This document shows, in pieces, positions 54,254 through 64,000 of a stretch of DNA of 64,000 nt. Numbering within the stretch: the stretch's first letter is position 1; each line of letters starts with the position of its first letter. The DNA comes from Candidatus Zhuqueibacterota bacterium. Lineage in GTDB: Bacteria > Zhuqueibacterota > Zhuqueibacteria > Thermofontimicrobiales > Thermofontimicrobiaceae. The translations under genes and the position numbers were made by a program. Under the pieces are notes generated by a model. The model worked only from the letters and a program-made list of their open reading frames with translations, made no database searches and was not told the DNA's origin. The DNA lies in assembly GCA_049322915.1 (NCBI GenBank), contig JBMOPW010000014.1, forward strand, positions 573,527-637,526. The letters are read 5' to 3'.

Positions 54254-54967
54254 TTAATCGACAAAGCGGTACTTTATCAGCGTCCAGACAGCCGGGAAGA
54301 AATCCTTCCAGGAAATTTTCTTGCCCTCTTCGTAGCTGCGGCCATAATAGGTGATGGGCACTTCCACCACCCGCAGCTTTGATTTGAAAACTTTGGCGGT
54401 CAATTCCGGCTCCAGATCAAAATGGTTCGAGCGAATGGTCATACTTTTGAAGAACTCGCTGCGAAAGAGTTTGTAGCCGCATTCCATGTCGGTCAGAATT
54501 GTGTTGTACAGAAGATTCGAGATGATGTTCAATATTTTATTGGCGACCAGATTCCAAAAGTAGAACGCGCGGTGCGCCCCGGTGAACCGGGAGCCATACA
54601 CGACATCGGCCTGGTCCGAGAGAAGCGGCGCCAACAGATTGGGGTATTCTTCCGGCTGATACTCCAGGTCCGCGTCCTGAATGATGACATAATCGCCGGA
54701 AACGTGAGGCTGCGCCGTTCGGACGGCCGCGCCCTTGCCCAGGGTGCGGTCGTGATAAAATGTCAGAATGTTTGGTCGATTGAGTTCATGCAGAAATTGC
54801 TGGGTGCCATCGGTGGAAAAATCGTCCACGATGATGATTTCGGTGTGATAGGGCAGAGCCAGAATTCGATCCACGATGCGAGGAAGCGTTTCCCGTTCAT
54901 TGAGTACCGGAATGATGACAGAAATTTTGAAGGCCGGCGAATGTGAACGTGGTTTCGAAGGGTTCAT
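54254..54967 (-). CDS. GT2 glycosyltransferase (polyprenol-P sugar synthase-like)
   Basis: IIVDDFSTDGT, GKGAAVR, IQDADLEY. Confidence 0.92.
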   Translation of the reverse strand: MNPSKPRSHSPAFKISVIIPVLNERETLPRIVDRILALPYHTEIIIVDDFSTDGTQQFLHELNRPNILTFYHDRTLGKGAAVRTAQPHVSGDYVIIQDADLEYQPEEYPNLLAPLLSDQADVVYGSRFTGAHRAFYFWNLVANKILNIISNLLYNTILTDMECGYKLFRSEFFKSMTIRSNHFDLEPELTAKVFKSKLRVVEVPITYYGRSYEEGKKISWKDFFPAVWTLIKYRFVD

Positions 54968-55011
54968 CAGGTCTGTGCGTGACTAATTTTTAATTCAATG
55001 GAATTTAGTGT

Positions 55012-55668
55012 CTACAGATGAAAGGCAGCTCCGGTGAAAATGTAACTGAAAAATTTGACGAATGGATTTAGAATAAGTTGAATCACCGGTATCCGGGTGA
55101 CAAAACCGAATACGATGAGGACGATTAAAATTGTTGGGCCGTAATGCAGATATGGACTCAGTTTCAATTCATATTTCTGAGGAAAAAGGCCCATGATGAT
55201 TTTCGATCCGTCCAGCGGCGGAATGGGCAGAAAATTGAACACAGCCAGTACAATGTTGATCACCAGGCCATAGGCTAACATATATTTCACCAGCCCGGCC
55301 GCGTCGAGGTCATAGTAATAGAGGCCGTCAACGCCGGCGATGCGGCAGGCGATTCCGAAGAGCAGGGCGAGGCTGAGATTCATCATTGGCCCGGCCAGTG
55401 AAATCCACAGCATGTCGCGATGGGGATTCTTCAATAACGCAGGATTGACCGGCACTGGTTTCGCCCAGCCAATCTGGACGATGAAAAGCATGGCCGTCCC
55501 TAAAATATCCAGGTGCGCCAGAGGATTCAGCGTCAATCGTCCCATACTTTTGGCGGTGGAGTCGCCCAATCGGTTCGCGACAAACGCATGGGCATATTCA
55601 TGAAGCGTCAACGCCAGCAAAATAGGAATGGCGCTGATGAGATAGAATTTCACAATATTGGGATCCAC
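55012..55668 (-). CDS. Site-2 protease (M50)
   Basis: HEYAH, NFLPIPPLDG. Confidence 0.92.
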   Translation of the reverse strand: MDPNIVKFYLISAIPILLALTLHEYAHAFVANRLGDSTAKSMGRLTLNPLAHLDILGTAMLFIVQIGWAKPVPVNPALLKNPHRDMLWISLAGPMMNLSLALLFGIACRIAGVDGLYYYDLDAAGLVKYMLAYGLVINIVLAVFNFLPIPPLDGSKIIMGLFPQKYELKLSPYLHYGPTILIVLIVFGFVTRIPVIQLILNPFVKFFSYIFTGAAFHL

Positions 55669-55693
55669 AGGTTGCTCCTGGATTACTGATAGG

Positions 55694-57490
55694 TTACTCT
55701 TTTACAATGGCAAATTTTTTCATATCGATGGTATCGCCCACACGCAGCAGAGCGAGATACACGCCGCTGCTGACAGGGTCGCCGTTCTGATTCCGGCCAT
55801 CCCATTCAAAGATGCGGTAATTGTAGCTTGGCGGATCAAACTCGGTTTGGGTCATAAGTCGTCCGTCCGAAGAGAAGATGGCGATTTGCCCGGCCTTTTC
55901 CTCGGTCACAACATAAGTGATAGTCAGCGAGCGATTTTCATTCAATAAAAAAGGACTGGGATAAATGTTCTCGATAAAATTTTTATTCTGATCTCCATCG
56001 ATAACGTAGGGCGGGTAAAACTGGATGATTTCGTGATTGTTATCGGCATCGGTGACGACCGCCCGGGCGAACCAATTCTCCTGATCCTCGACGTTCAGCC
56101 GGATGCCAATGTGATTGTTCAATTTGACGAGGTTATTATCAATGAAAAAATTGGGATCATCGAGATGGTCCTCCGAAAGCGCCACGATGTTAATGGCAAA
56201 TGAGGCGAAATCTGTCTTGAGATAGTTCGCGTCCGGAATTTCAAAATTCGTGATGATCAAGCCAATCGCATGTTTGGAAAAAGGGTCATCCAGCGAGTAA
56301 TGAATCGACGAGAGCTTTCGCATCTGCTCATCGAGATTTATATTCTGATTCTGGAACAGTAGGTCTTTTTCACAGTTGACTTCCGGGTAGGTATTCCCCT
56401 CGGCATAGTAGTGGAGCGTGTCTGCCCGGCTACCGGTGAGATAATTCCACAAACCGTACTCCTTCAACTCCGTTTGAAAATTAGTCTCTCTGTAAAGCAG
56501 CGCCTGCTGGATGGATGTGAACGCGGTCTGTTCGGGAATAGATTCCCAGACATTCCGGATGAAATCAGTATTATATTTTTTGACAATCATGTGCAGCCAG
56601 ATGGAATTGGCGTATTCATAATTGTTATTGGTGAAGTAAAACGGGTAGTTGATATCTTTGAAAAAACTGTCCAGATAATAAAGGTAATCATTGACGTTGT
56701 CGTAGGCATAATCTTCCATCCAGGTCGAGCACATTTCCATAAAAAAAGCATCATTGTCACGATACCGATAACCGACCTGCACGACGTGGAAATATTCGTG
56801 CGCTGCGGTCACGGCCAGCGCCTGCATAGGGGCGGTCGGAACATGGCGGTAATCATTGTCGATTTCAATGTAGCACGAATAGGCGCCCGGTTTTCCAGGG
56901 ACGGATTGCTCCAGCCAGGTGATTCCGTAATCCGACATGTTGATGATGTAAACATCGAATTGGTTGCCGGTGCCGCCGGAGTCGGCCGGGGGCGAATTGA
57001 AGCCCAACTGATTCACAATGAGGTCGTGAGCGTAATCGAAATAGCCAGCGGCGCTGTCCACAAAATCCGGGACGCCATTTTTATTGGCGTCGGCCGGATC
57101 GACGGCGCCATAGGCCAGTGGTTCGGTTGTGTAGTGGATGCAAAATTGACCGCCGGGGCTGATGTAGCTTTTCGGCAGGACCGGCCGCGACATATACCCG
57201 GACAATGTGGTTTGCGCGGTTATACTCAGTTTGTCCCAATTGGCTTTGATCTCCTGAATCAATCGCGTGCCGCCGCGATAGGGCATTGCGGCTGGTTCAG
57301 CCTGGAATGTCTGTGGCAGCCGCGATGGATCGAACAGGCTGAGGGCGCTGTAGACAAGGTAATTTTCGTGTGTCAATTCGCCGCGCGCGTAGGCCGAGCT
57401 GATGGTCGACTGCATATCCTGACTGTGGGCTGAATGGATGAACAGAAATAATATGATCCAACTGCTGCTGAATTTGAAAATGCGTTTCAA
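55694..57490 (-). CDS. Secreted metalloprotease (MXAN_6640-like) with FlgD-like CTD
   Basis: AAHEYFH, WMED, WDGRNQNG..VSSGVY. Confidence 0.8.
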   Translation of the reverse strand: MKRIFKFSSSWIILFLFIHSAHSQDMQSTISSAYARGELTHENYLVYSALSLFDPSRLPQTFQAEPAAMPYRGGTRLIQEIKANWDKLSITAQTTLSGYMSRPVLPKSYISPGGQFCIHYTTEPLAYGAVDPADANKNGVPDFVDSAAGYFDYAHDLIVNQLGFNSPPADSGGTGNQFDVYIINMSDYGITWLEQSVPGKPGAYSCYIEIDNDYRHVPTAPMQALAVTAAHEYFHVVQVGYRYRDNDAFFMEMCSTWMEDYAYDNVNDYLYYLDSFFKDINYPFYFTNNNYEYANSIWLHMIVKKYNTDFIRNVWESIPEQTAFTSIQQALLYRETNFQTELKEYGLWNYLTGSRADTLHYYAEGNTYPEVNCEKDLLFQNQNINLDEQMRKLSSIHYSLDDPFSKHAIGLIITNFEIPDANYLKTDFASFAINIVALSEDHLDDPNFFIDNNLVKLNNHIGIRLNVEDQENWFARAVVTDADNNHEIIQFYPPYVIDGDQNKNFIENIYPSPFLLNENRSLTITYVVTEEKAGQIAIFSSDGRLMTQTEFDPPSYNYRIFEWDGRNQNGDPVSSGVYLALLRVGDTIDMKKFAIVKE

Positions 57491-57493
57491 CGT

Positions 57494-58807
57494 CTATTTT
57501 CTCCTGAAAACGAGGGTCAAAGGAATTCCGAAAAATCCGAATTGCTCTCTGAGTTTATTCTCCAGAAAGGCGCGATAGTTGGCTTTAATGAGCTCCGGCC
57601 GACTGCAGAAAAATGCGAAGACCGGCGGTTTGGTTTTGATTTGCGTGCAATATTTGATTTTAATTTCCTTGCCTGAAACAGAGGCCGGCGGCGTTTTCGC
57701 GATGATCGGTTCAAAATACTCATTGAGTTCGCTGGTGGCAATTTTCCTGGATCGCTCTTCGTGAATCGATATGGCGATTTCTATCACTCTGAAAATGCGC
57801 TGCCGGGTCATGGCGGAAATGAAGATGATTGGCAAATAGCTGATATAGGGCAATTCACTCTTTATGTTCCGCTCATATTCCATGGCAGTGCGCGTGTCCT
57901 TTTCAATCAGATCCCATTTATTTATAGCAAGTAAAATCGCTTTTTTGAACCGAACCGCCTCTTCGATGACTTTCTTATCCTGATCGGTCACGCCTTCTAT
58001 GGCGTCGATGATCACCACAGCCACATCGCAGCGCTGAATCGAAGAAATGCTGCGCACCGTGCTGAAATACTCCACCGCTTCCTTCACCTTGGATCGCCTC
58101 CGCAACCCGGCGGTATCGATGAGCAGTAACTTCCTGCCGTAATAGAAAAATTCGGTGTCGATGGAGTCGCGCGTCGTGCCCGGAATATCCGTCACAATCA
58201 GTTTCTCCTCGCCCAAAATGGCGTTCACAAAAGAGGACTTGCCGACATTGGGTTTGCCTACCACAGCGATTTTGATTTCCGCGGCGGTCGGCTCCTCTTT
58301 GTCCACGGTCTTGGGGAAAAATTGGATGACATGGTCGAGAAAATCGCCGATGTTCCTGCCGCCGATGGCAGAGATGGGAATCGGGGTTCCCAATCCCAAT
58401 TGGTAAAACTCGCCCAGATCCAGTTCGCGGAATTCATTGTCCACCTTGTTCACGCCCAGCACAATGGGCTTTTCAGCACGGATCAAAATTCTCGCAATCT
58501 CCGCGTCCAGGGCTGTGACGCCGACTGTCACATCCGCGACCATGACAATGACATGGGCCTCGGCGATGGCCTGGTGCACCTGACTCAACACGGCCTGCTG
58601 AATGAGATTTTCGGTCTCCGGCAGATAGCCGCCTGTGTCAATCAGGTTGAAACTGACATTGTTCCATTCAGCGTCGGCATATTTTCGGTCGCGTGTGACG
58701 CCCGGCTGATCGTCCACAATGGCTTCCCGTTTTCGAATGATGCGATTGAACAGAGTGGACTTCCCGACATTGGGGCGTCCGATAATTGCGAGGATTGGTT
58801 TTTTCAT
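57494..58807 (-). CDS. der: Ribosome biogenesis GTPase Der
   Basis: Two G domains GRPNVGKS and GKPNVGKS. Confidence 0.97.
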   Translation of the reverse strand: MKKPILAIIGRPNVGKSTLFNRIIRKREAIVDDQPGVTRDRKYADAEWNNVSFNLIDTGGYLPETENLIQQAVLSQVHQAIAEAHVIVMVADVTVGVTALDAEIARILIRAEKPIVLGVNKVDNEFRELDLGEFYQLGLGTPIPISAIGGRNIGDFLDHVIQFFPKTVDKEEPTAAEIKIAVVGKPNVGKSSFVNAILGEEKLIVTDIPGTTRDSIDTEFFYYGRKLLLIDTAGLRRRSKVKEAVEYFSTVRSISSIQRCDVAVVIIDAIEGVTDQDKKVIEEAVRFKKAILLAINKWDLIEKDTRTAMEYERNIKSELPYISYLPIIFISAMTRQRIFRVIEIAISIHEERSRKIATSELNEYFEPIIAKTPPASVSGKEIKIKYCTQIKTKPPVFAFFCSRPELIKANYRAFLENKLREQFGFFGIPLTLVFRRK

Positions 58808-58964
58808 GACACTCTCAGTTCTGTTCCGGCTATATTGTTTTCGTCGAATGACAAAACTGTCCTTTAAGTAGAAATCGAGTATGGACTGCGTCTAAGGCAG
58901 TCCCGAACATTTACAACTAAAGTATCAATTTGAATCTGGTTGAACTCAGTACCGGCGCATGGCG

Positions 58965-60245
58965 TCAGCCGATCTTTTCCAGCAATTCGAGGAAATCATC
59001 CGCGACGATCTCCACTTTCGAGTTCAATTTATGCTCCAAATCGGAGACGGTCCAGTCGTCCAGAAAAAGCCCATCGAAATTCAAACAATTGGCCGGCAGC
59101 ACGATGATGTCCCGGGGCGGGACCAGGCTGAGTTGCTTGAAAATATCCTGCCCGCTGAGCAGGCCGGTGACGGTGACGCTGGGTCCGTAAAATTCATTCG
59201 TGATCGTTGCCACTGAAATCGATAGGCCCCCGATTCGGGCCAAAGCCGGTTCGACCCATTGCTTTATCACCGGTGTCGCCGATAGGGCGCTGACCAGCAC
59301 CATCGACAGGGGGCGTGTTATTCTATGCGGGAATAGCGGTATTTGTTCCTTCACCCGATCAATGAACGCGCGGGTCATTCCCACTCCGTTTTCTATTTGC
59401 GCAAAATCTTCGTAGCGTTCAGCCCCCGGCAATTCGATATTGGCTTTGAGATAGAATTCGTCAGCGAGATAAACAATATAATCATCGCATTTCGTTTTGA
59501 ACGAATTGGCGATAGGCTCGATGGCATGAATCAGCGCAGCAGAGTAGCTTTCAGTCACCGGCCGCAACGGATAGAGTCCATCCCGATGTCGGGTGAGACC
59601 CAGCGGGACGATAGCGATCGTGCGCAGATTCGGGTGAAACGCGGCCAGATCATGAATCGTTTTCGTCAGAAGATCGCCGTCATTAATGCCGGGGCAGAGC
59701 ACAATTTGTGCGTGAATTTCGATATGGTTCTCAACGAGGAACTGAATCTTGTCCAAAAGCCGATCGTCGTTTTTCAGCCCCAGCATGAGCTTCCGTGTGG
59801 CCAGATCGGTGCTGTGAACGGAGATGTACAGCGGCGACAACCTTTGCCCGACGATGCGAGCCAGATCTTTTTTGCTGACATTGGTCATCGTGACGTAATT
59901 GCCATACAGGAACGAGAGTCGGAAATCTTCATCCTTGAAGTAGAGCGCCGGGCGCAGATCGGGCGGATTCTGATCCACAAAACAAAAGATGCAGGAATTG
60001 CCGCAACTGCGATACCTGGTCTCTTCAAAAATTATTCCCAGCGGGTCGTCGAAGTCCTTTTCAATCTCGAAAATCCATGGCTCGCCCTGTCGCACGATTT
60101 CGATCTCCAGTTCTTCTTCAGCGCTGTGAAACTGATAATCGATGATATCCCGGCAGGGGAATCCGTTGATTTTAAGCACGTCGTCGTCGATGAGCAGACC
60201 GGCGTCTTCGGCCAGACTATCTATTTCAAAATCAATTATTTTCAT
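58965..60245 (-). CDS. PDZ + radical-SAM-like DUF512 protein
   Basis: CGNSCIFCFVDQ, KDEDFRLSFLYGNY, QIENGVGM. Confidence 0.88.
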   Translation of the reverse strand: MKIIDFEIDSLAEDAGLLIDDDVLKINGFPCRDIIDYQFHSAEEELEIEIVRQGEPWIFEIEKDFDDPLGIIFEETRYRSCGNSCIFCFVDQNPPDLRPALYFKDEDFRLSFLYGNYVTMTNVSKKDLARIVGQRLSPLYISVHSTDLATRKLMLGLKNDDRLLDKIQFLVENHIEIHAQIVLCPGINDGDLLTKTIHDLAAFHPNLRTIAIVPLGLTRHRDGLYPLRPVTESYSAALIHAIEPIANSFKTKCDDYIVYLADEFYLKANIELPGAERYEDFAQIENGVGMTRAFIDRVKEQIPLFPHRITRPLSMVLVSALSATPVIKQWVEPALARIGGLSISVATITNEFYGPSVTVTGLLSGQDIFKQLSLVPPRDIIVLPANCLNFDGLFLDDWTVSDLEHKLNSKVEIVADDFLELLEKIG

Positions 60246-60313
60246 GAAAATTCCGCAGCAGAAAAATAGGTTCGATCAGCAAGGAAACGGATGATGTCAT
60301 CCGTCGGATCAAT

Positions 60314-60346
60314 AAACAAAAATCCCGGCGGACAATTGCCGGGATT
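60314..60346 (-). terminator. Intrinsic terminator
   Basis: aatcccggc/gccgggatt stem with U-tract on minus strand. Confidence 0.6.
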
Positions 60347-60498
60347 AAAGCCAACTCAGTAACGCCAGGCATGTTCACCAGCACCGCTGGAACTTGCGCA
60401 GGGCGCTGGAAATCCTGTTCTCGCTCATTATGTTGCTTTGAAATCCTGAGTCATAGTCTGTTCTAACCGCGGGTCAAAGACGCGCAACTTCAACCCGG

Positions 60499-61239
60499 TT
60501 ACTTGTTTGCATCTCGCTCTAAATTCCATTTGACCCAATCGTCCTGGGTGTCTATGGCCGAGTTAATTTTGGATTGGTAATACTTCCCATCCTGCCGCAC
60601 TTCAATCTGATAGCCAGCCACAATCCGCACCCATTGATCCAGGGATACCTGGAACGGTCCGGGAACCTGAGTCGGACCCGGCACTTCGTGTGGCGGCTGA
60701 TAGATTTTTTGCTCCTTTGGCGCTGCTGAATCTTTGTGGGCTGAGGTCAATGGCCCGACATCGACGGCGCCCTCGTAAACCAGGACTTTCGTGCTGGAGT
60801 CCGCATCGACCCGGTAAATAGTACCGCGGATGGAGCAGACTGCGGTCGGAGTTCGCATTTCGAACGAGCTCTTCTTTTTGAGCGTCTTGATATTCGCCCA
60901 GACCCGGCCGGTTGTCACTTCAGAATTGAGGTTGGTCAAATTGGTTTTGCTCAGGATGATCGATGAATTTTCCCCAATACGGATCAGACTTTTATCATTC
61001 AGTTTAATTTCGCAGCGGGATTCAGCTCGAGTCATGATCTGGTCGCCATTAAAGACCGGTTGATAAAGCTTTGCATTGACCCATTCTTGCTGGTCGGCGT
61101 GGAGGATGGTGACATCGCCTTCATCGCCCAGAATGAAAGTTATTTTTCCCAATGAATCCTGTTGAGATGCGACATTTCCTGTGATGAGCAGGGTCAGTAG
61201 CAGCAGACTTACGGCTTTGAAAATAGGTGTGGTTTTCAT
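60499..61239 (-). CDS. FecR-domain secreted protein
   Basis: GDQIMT, IRIGENS, TPTAVCSIRGT. Confidence 0.82.
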   Translation of the reverse strand: MKTTPIFKAVSLLLLTLLITGNVASQQDSLGKITFILGDEGDVTILHADQQEWVNAKLYQPVFNGDQIMTRAESRCEIKLNDKSLIRIGENSSIILSKTNLTNLNSEVTTGRVWANIKTLKKKSSFEMRTPTAVCSIRGTIYRVDADSSTKVLVYEGAVDVGPLTSAHKDSAAPKEQKIYQPPHEVPGPTQVPGPFQVSLDQWVRIVAGYQIEVRQDGKYYQSKINSAIDTQDDWVKWNLERDANK

Positions 61240-61273
61240 AGTTCACTCCCCACGTTTGGCAGATCACTGTTAA

Positions 61274-62329
61274 TTATTTCGACAACGTGTCGGTTGAATT
61301 GCTGAAGAATTTGACAATATCGCCTCTCTCGATTCGCTTCCCCAAAAGAACTTTTGCGCGGGATACTTTATCACCGATGAAACCGGTGACCCTGATCCTG
61401 GCTTTCACCTTCGCTATATTCAGCGCGGCATCTGTGGCAATGTCAACAGAATCCGTCTGTGAAACTATCGGTTCATACACATCGAATAATTGTCCGGCCT
61501 GCACACCAGCGCCGATTCCAGGTGTGAAATAGACCAGTGTATCGGCCAGGGCTTGCACGACCTTTCCGTTCCAATCAATTTTCCCCACATGTGCGACGAT
61601 GCCAATGGAGATTTCATTCACTGCTTTTCGGATCGCTGTCCCTAAAATCGTCTGGTCAAATTCAAACATATTTGTAAAGTCGATCTCTTTTGTCTCGAAT
61701 CCGAAACCTGGCTTTATCTCCGTCGTGGTCACGTCATCGGCCTGCAGAATTTCCCCGCTGGATGAATTGATCAGTTTGTAATGGATACGCGTGTTGGCAA
61801 TGGTTGCCTTCAGCGCCAGTCCCCATTTGTTTTTTTCATTATCAAATTTGTGCGCGCCGGTCTCCTGGTTGGCTTCAAGAATTTTTCCAATGATCAGTGT
61901 TTCCGCGCCCAGCAGCTTTCCAATGGCCGGCGCTGTGGTCTCGGTGATTACGCCGGATTGGCCGATCGCTTGCTCCTGAAGTATCTGCTCCAATCGGGAT
62001 CGCTCCACCACGATGAATCGATCCGAGCGTACCAATTGTGTGACCAGCATGTCGGCGACAGCGCTGCCGATTTTTTCACTGCCATGTTCGGAGACATTTT
62101 CAAAGTCGAACACAGCGATTGTTTTTTTCAGTCCGGAATACGGGCTGAATTCCGGCCCCCGGACTATGGTATCAGTTCGAAACCGCGTGAGTTCCGGGAT
62201 GCCGGCGCAGCCAAAATTCAGTAATGCCGCAAAAAAAAAGAATGAAAGAACGAAGCGAGCTTTTCCCCAGGTGAGCGCTGAGAAACGCTTGGGTGCCATT
62301 TTTTCCCTCCGAATGGAACACACGAACAA
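61274..62329 (-). CDS. CsgG/HfaB-family lipoprotein
   Basis: IAVFDF, FIVVERSRLEQILQEQ, IGKLLGA; lipobox FGC. Confidence 0.8.
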   Translation of the reverse strand: MFVCSIRREKMAPKRFSALTWGKARFVLSFFFFAALLNFGCAGIPELTRFRTDTIVRGPEFSPYSGLKKTIAVFDFENVSEHGSEKIGSAVADMLVTQLVRSDRFIVVERSRLEQILQEQAIGQSGVITETTAPAIGKLLGAETLIIGKILEANQETGAHKFDNEKNKWGLALKATIANTRIHYKLINSSSGEILQADDVTTTEIKPGFGFETKEIDFTNMFEFDQTILGTAIRKAVNEISIGIVAHVGKIDWNGKVVQALADTLVYFTPGIGAGVQAGQLFDVYEPIVSQTDSVDIATDAALNIAKVKARIRVTGFIGDKVSRAKVLLGKRIERGDIVKFFSNSTDTLSK

Positions 62330-62428
62330 TGACTTTTTTCAAGCAGGTGCGAATAAACAGCAGAGGAACCCGTATCGCGCGACGGATTCCTCATGCGTTA
62401 TTCCTGGAACATACCTGTGTACCAATGA

Positions 62429-63403
62429 CTACTTCAGTCGAACCATATTGCCGGCTTCAAAGCCGCTGCCGCTACGAACGACGCAACGGGACGCTTTGCC
62501 GTTTCCAACATTATTGTCCGTCACGCCAATTTCACCGATCTTCGTGTCCTCAGATCCCAGGGAAAGCCCTGTATCCGGATCGATGAGTTCTTCGCCCTTC
62601 GAATATATGGCGAAGACATCGCCGACATGGACGCCGGCTTCAGCGCCGGAATTGATGATGACGGTCGTCCCTGTGACTTTGATGATTTTTGCCTGCCAGG
62701 GCATGGATTTCATCTGAGAGTCAATTTTGTCCATGATTTCTTCGACTGCTTTTCGGGTCGCTTTTCCGACAACAGATTCATCGAATTCATTCTGATTTTT
62801 GAAGCCCAATTTATTGGTGTCAATTTTGAGTCCGCGCTTGGTCTCTTCCTTGCGCACATTTTCCGCGGCAATGATTTCGCCGGTCGTTGTATTGGTGAAT
62901 CGAACGTCGATCCCAACCGATGCGGTCGATGATTCCACGCCAAAGCCCAGACCTTTCTGCTTGAGATTGATGCCGGTGTCGCCCTTCTTGTAGCCAAATT
63001 CAGTGACAGCGCCGATGATGGCCAATTCGACGCCCAGCAGCTTGCCAACTTCAGCGGCAGTCTGGGGTGTGACGGCGCCGGTTTGACCCAGATTTTGTTC
63101 CTTCATAATCTGTTCCAGCGCGGTTCGCTCCATCACCCGATATTTGCCGGATTTCACCAGTTCGGTGGTCAGCATGTCAGCCATGCCCTGGCCAACCGGC
63201 TGGCCGGTCCACCAGCGATAATGGTGGTCAGTTTTATCTTCAAATTCGAACACAGCCACTCGTTTCTTCAGACGCTGCATCTGGTCGGCGTCCTGCGAAA
63301 AAACATCGGACTGGATCAACAAGCCGACGCCTATAATCACAACTAATAGCATCATTATTTTTCGAAACATGGGTACACCTCCAACTTGATAACGGATCGT
63401 CAC
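62429..63403 (-). CDS. CsgG/HfaB-family protein with FlgT-like C-terminus
   Basis: VAVFEF, VMERTALEQIMKEQ, GKLLG, EELIDPDTGLSLG. Confidence 0.82.
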   Translation of the reverse strand: MTIRYQVGGVPMFRKIMMLLVVIIGVGLLIQSDVFSQDADQMQRLKKRVAVFEFEDKTDHHYRWWTGQPVGQGMADMLTTELVKSGKYRVMERTALEQIMKEQNLGQTGAVTPQTAAEVGKLLGVELAIIGAVTEFGYKKGDTGINLKQKGLGFGVESSTASVGIDVRFTNTTTGEIIAAENVRKEETKRGLKIDTNKLGFKNQNEFDESVVGKATRKAVEEIMDKIDSQMKSMPWQAKIIKVTGTTVIINSGAEAGVHVGDVFAIYSKGEELIDPDTGLSLGSEDTKIGEIGVTDNNVGNGKASRCVVRSGSGFEAGNMVRLK

Positions 63404-63409
63404 GGTTGA

Positions 63410-64000
63410 CTATTCAATTTTATTGGATAATTGTAAGGTTATTTTATTCATGGACAGACCTAAAATTTTGACACTGTATTTTTCCAGATCTTTCTTTTCC
63501 AGTTCGCGGGCCAACTGATTGGCATTCCCGGTAATTTTAATATCCAGTTCAGCCAGATCGCCGGCAACCTTTCGGCTGTAAATGTCTTTCACGCCACGAA
63601 CCATGTATTTGATGGTATTTTTGAATTCATCCAGTTGCGAAAATGATTGAACTCCCTGGACAACAACTTTGACGGTAGTTGCCTGATAAAACTCATCGCG
63701 CCATTTTTTCGTGATTTTATTGATGAGCTCCGTGGCCATTTTGTCCGTCGCTTTTTTAATGGCTTCGGTACCGCCGGTAATCTCGTCAATGTGCGGATAG
63801 GCGGCGTGCTGGCTGCCGGTAGCGATCACCGTGGCTACATCGGCCTTAATCACGCGCGCGGTGACATTTGCCTGACACGATTTCATCCCGCCGAGGTTCA
63901 CCCCGGTCGCGACTTTGGCAATGGCCTTTCCGGTGACAATCACTTCTGCGCCCAGCGTTTTTGCAATGGCAGCAGCCATCTGATTGTTCCCCTGCAAAAT
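63410..64000 (-). CDS. Hypothetical (FlgT-like) protein, 5'-truncated by window edge
   Basis: ORF open to window end, co-oriented with CsgG-like genes. Confidence 0.6.
   Translation of the reverse strand: MLQGNNQMAAAIAKTLGAEVIVTGKAIAKVATGVNLGGMKSCQANVTARVIKADVATVIATGSQHAAYPHIDEITGGTEAIKKATDKMATELINKITKKWRDEFYQATTVKVVVQGVQSFSQLDEFKNTIKYMVRGVKDIYSRKVAGDLAELDIKITGNANQLARELEKKDLEKYSVKILGLSMNKITLQLSNKIE

Noticed and set aside
56411..57433. Long antisense ORFs (also 12904-13602, 25391-25972, 31342-32202, 59343-60269)
   Set aside because: They shadow well-supported genes on the opposite strand and have no recognisable motifs.
60347..60498. Possible 6S RNA or CsrB-like sRNA upstream of a terminator
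   Set aside because: Only two CAGGA-like motifs and no convincing 6S structure by eye; needs an Rfam search.

Overview
A 64-kb bacterial chromosomal window. Several secreted proteins end in a 'NYPNPFN' FlgD/T9SS-like sorting domain, which suggests an FCB-superphylum host such as KSB1 or Calditrichota (inference). The main finding is a diversity-generating retroelement (DGR) at 49-6131. One template repeat (TR, 3601-3732) and two variable repeats (3157-3288 and 5887-6018) are present, and each VR differs from the TR at 15 positions, all TR adenines. Both VRs sit at the 3' end of NACHT-NTPase + FGE/C-type-lectin (NLR-like) genes. The second target is split by one in-frame amber codon. No reverse transcriptase or Avd gene is visible in the window. 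A 25-nt segment starting at the TR 3' end is the reverse complement of the 25 nt at and after both VR stop codons (22 Watson-Crick + 3 G-T pairs), a possible guide-like targeting signal. The rest of the window holds an IS200/RAYT-like transposase with palindromic flanks, an ECF sigma module, a BlaI + M56-M23 operon, sppA, namZ, an F1Fo ATP synthase operon, a sigma54-activator/Ser-Thr-kinase/Kelch module, an AT-rich ~8-kb island bounded by 120-bp direct repeats (IS3 and IS701 remnants, LRR and beta-helix surface proteins, a 207-bp gene-conversion-like patch), several MITE/REP-like elements, housekeeping genes (tex, pepT, thyX, der) and tandem CsgG-like genes. All alignments and counts were done by eye; no database searches were run.
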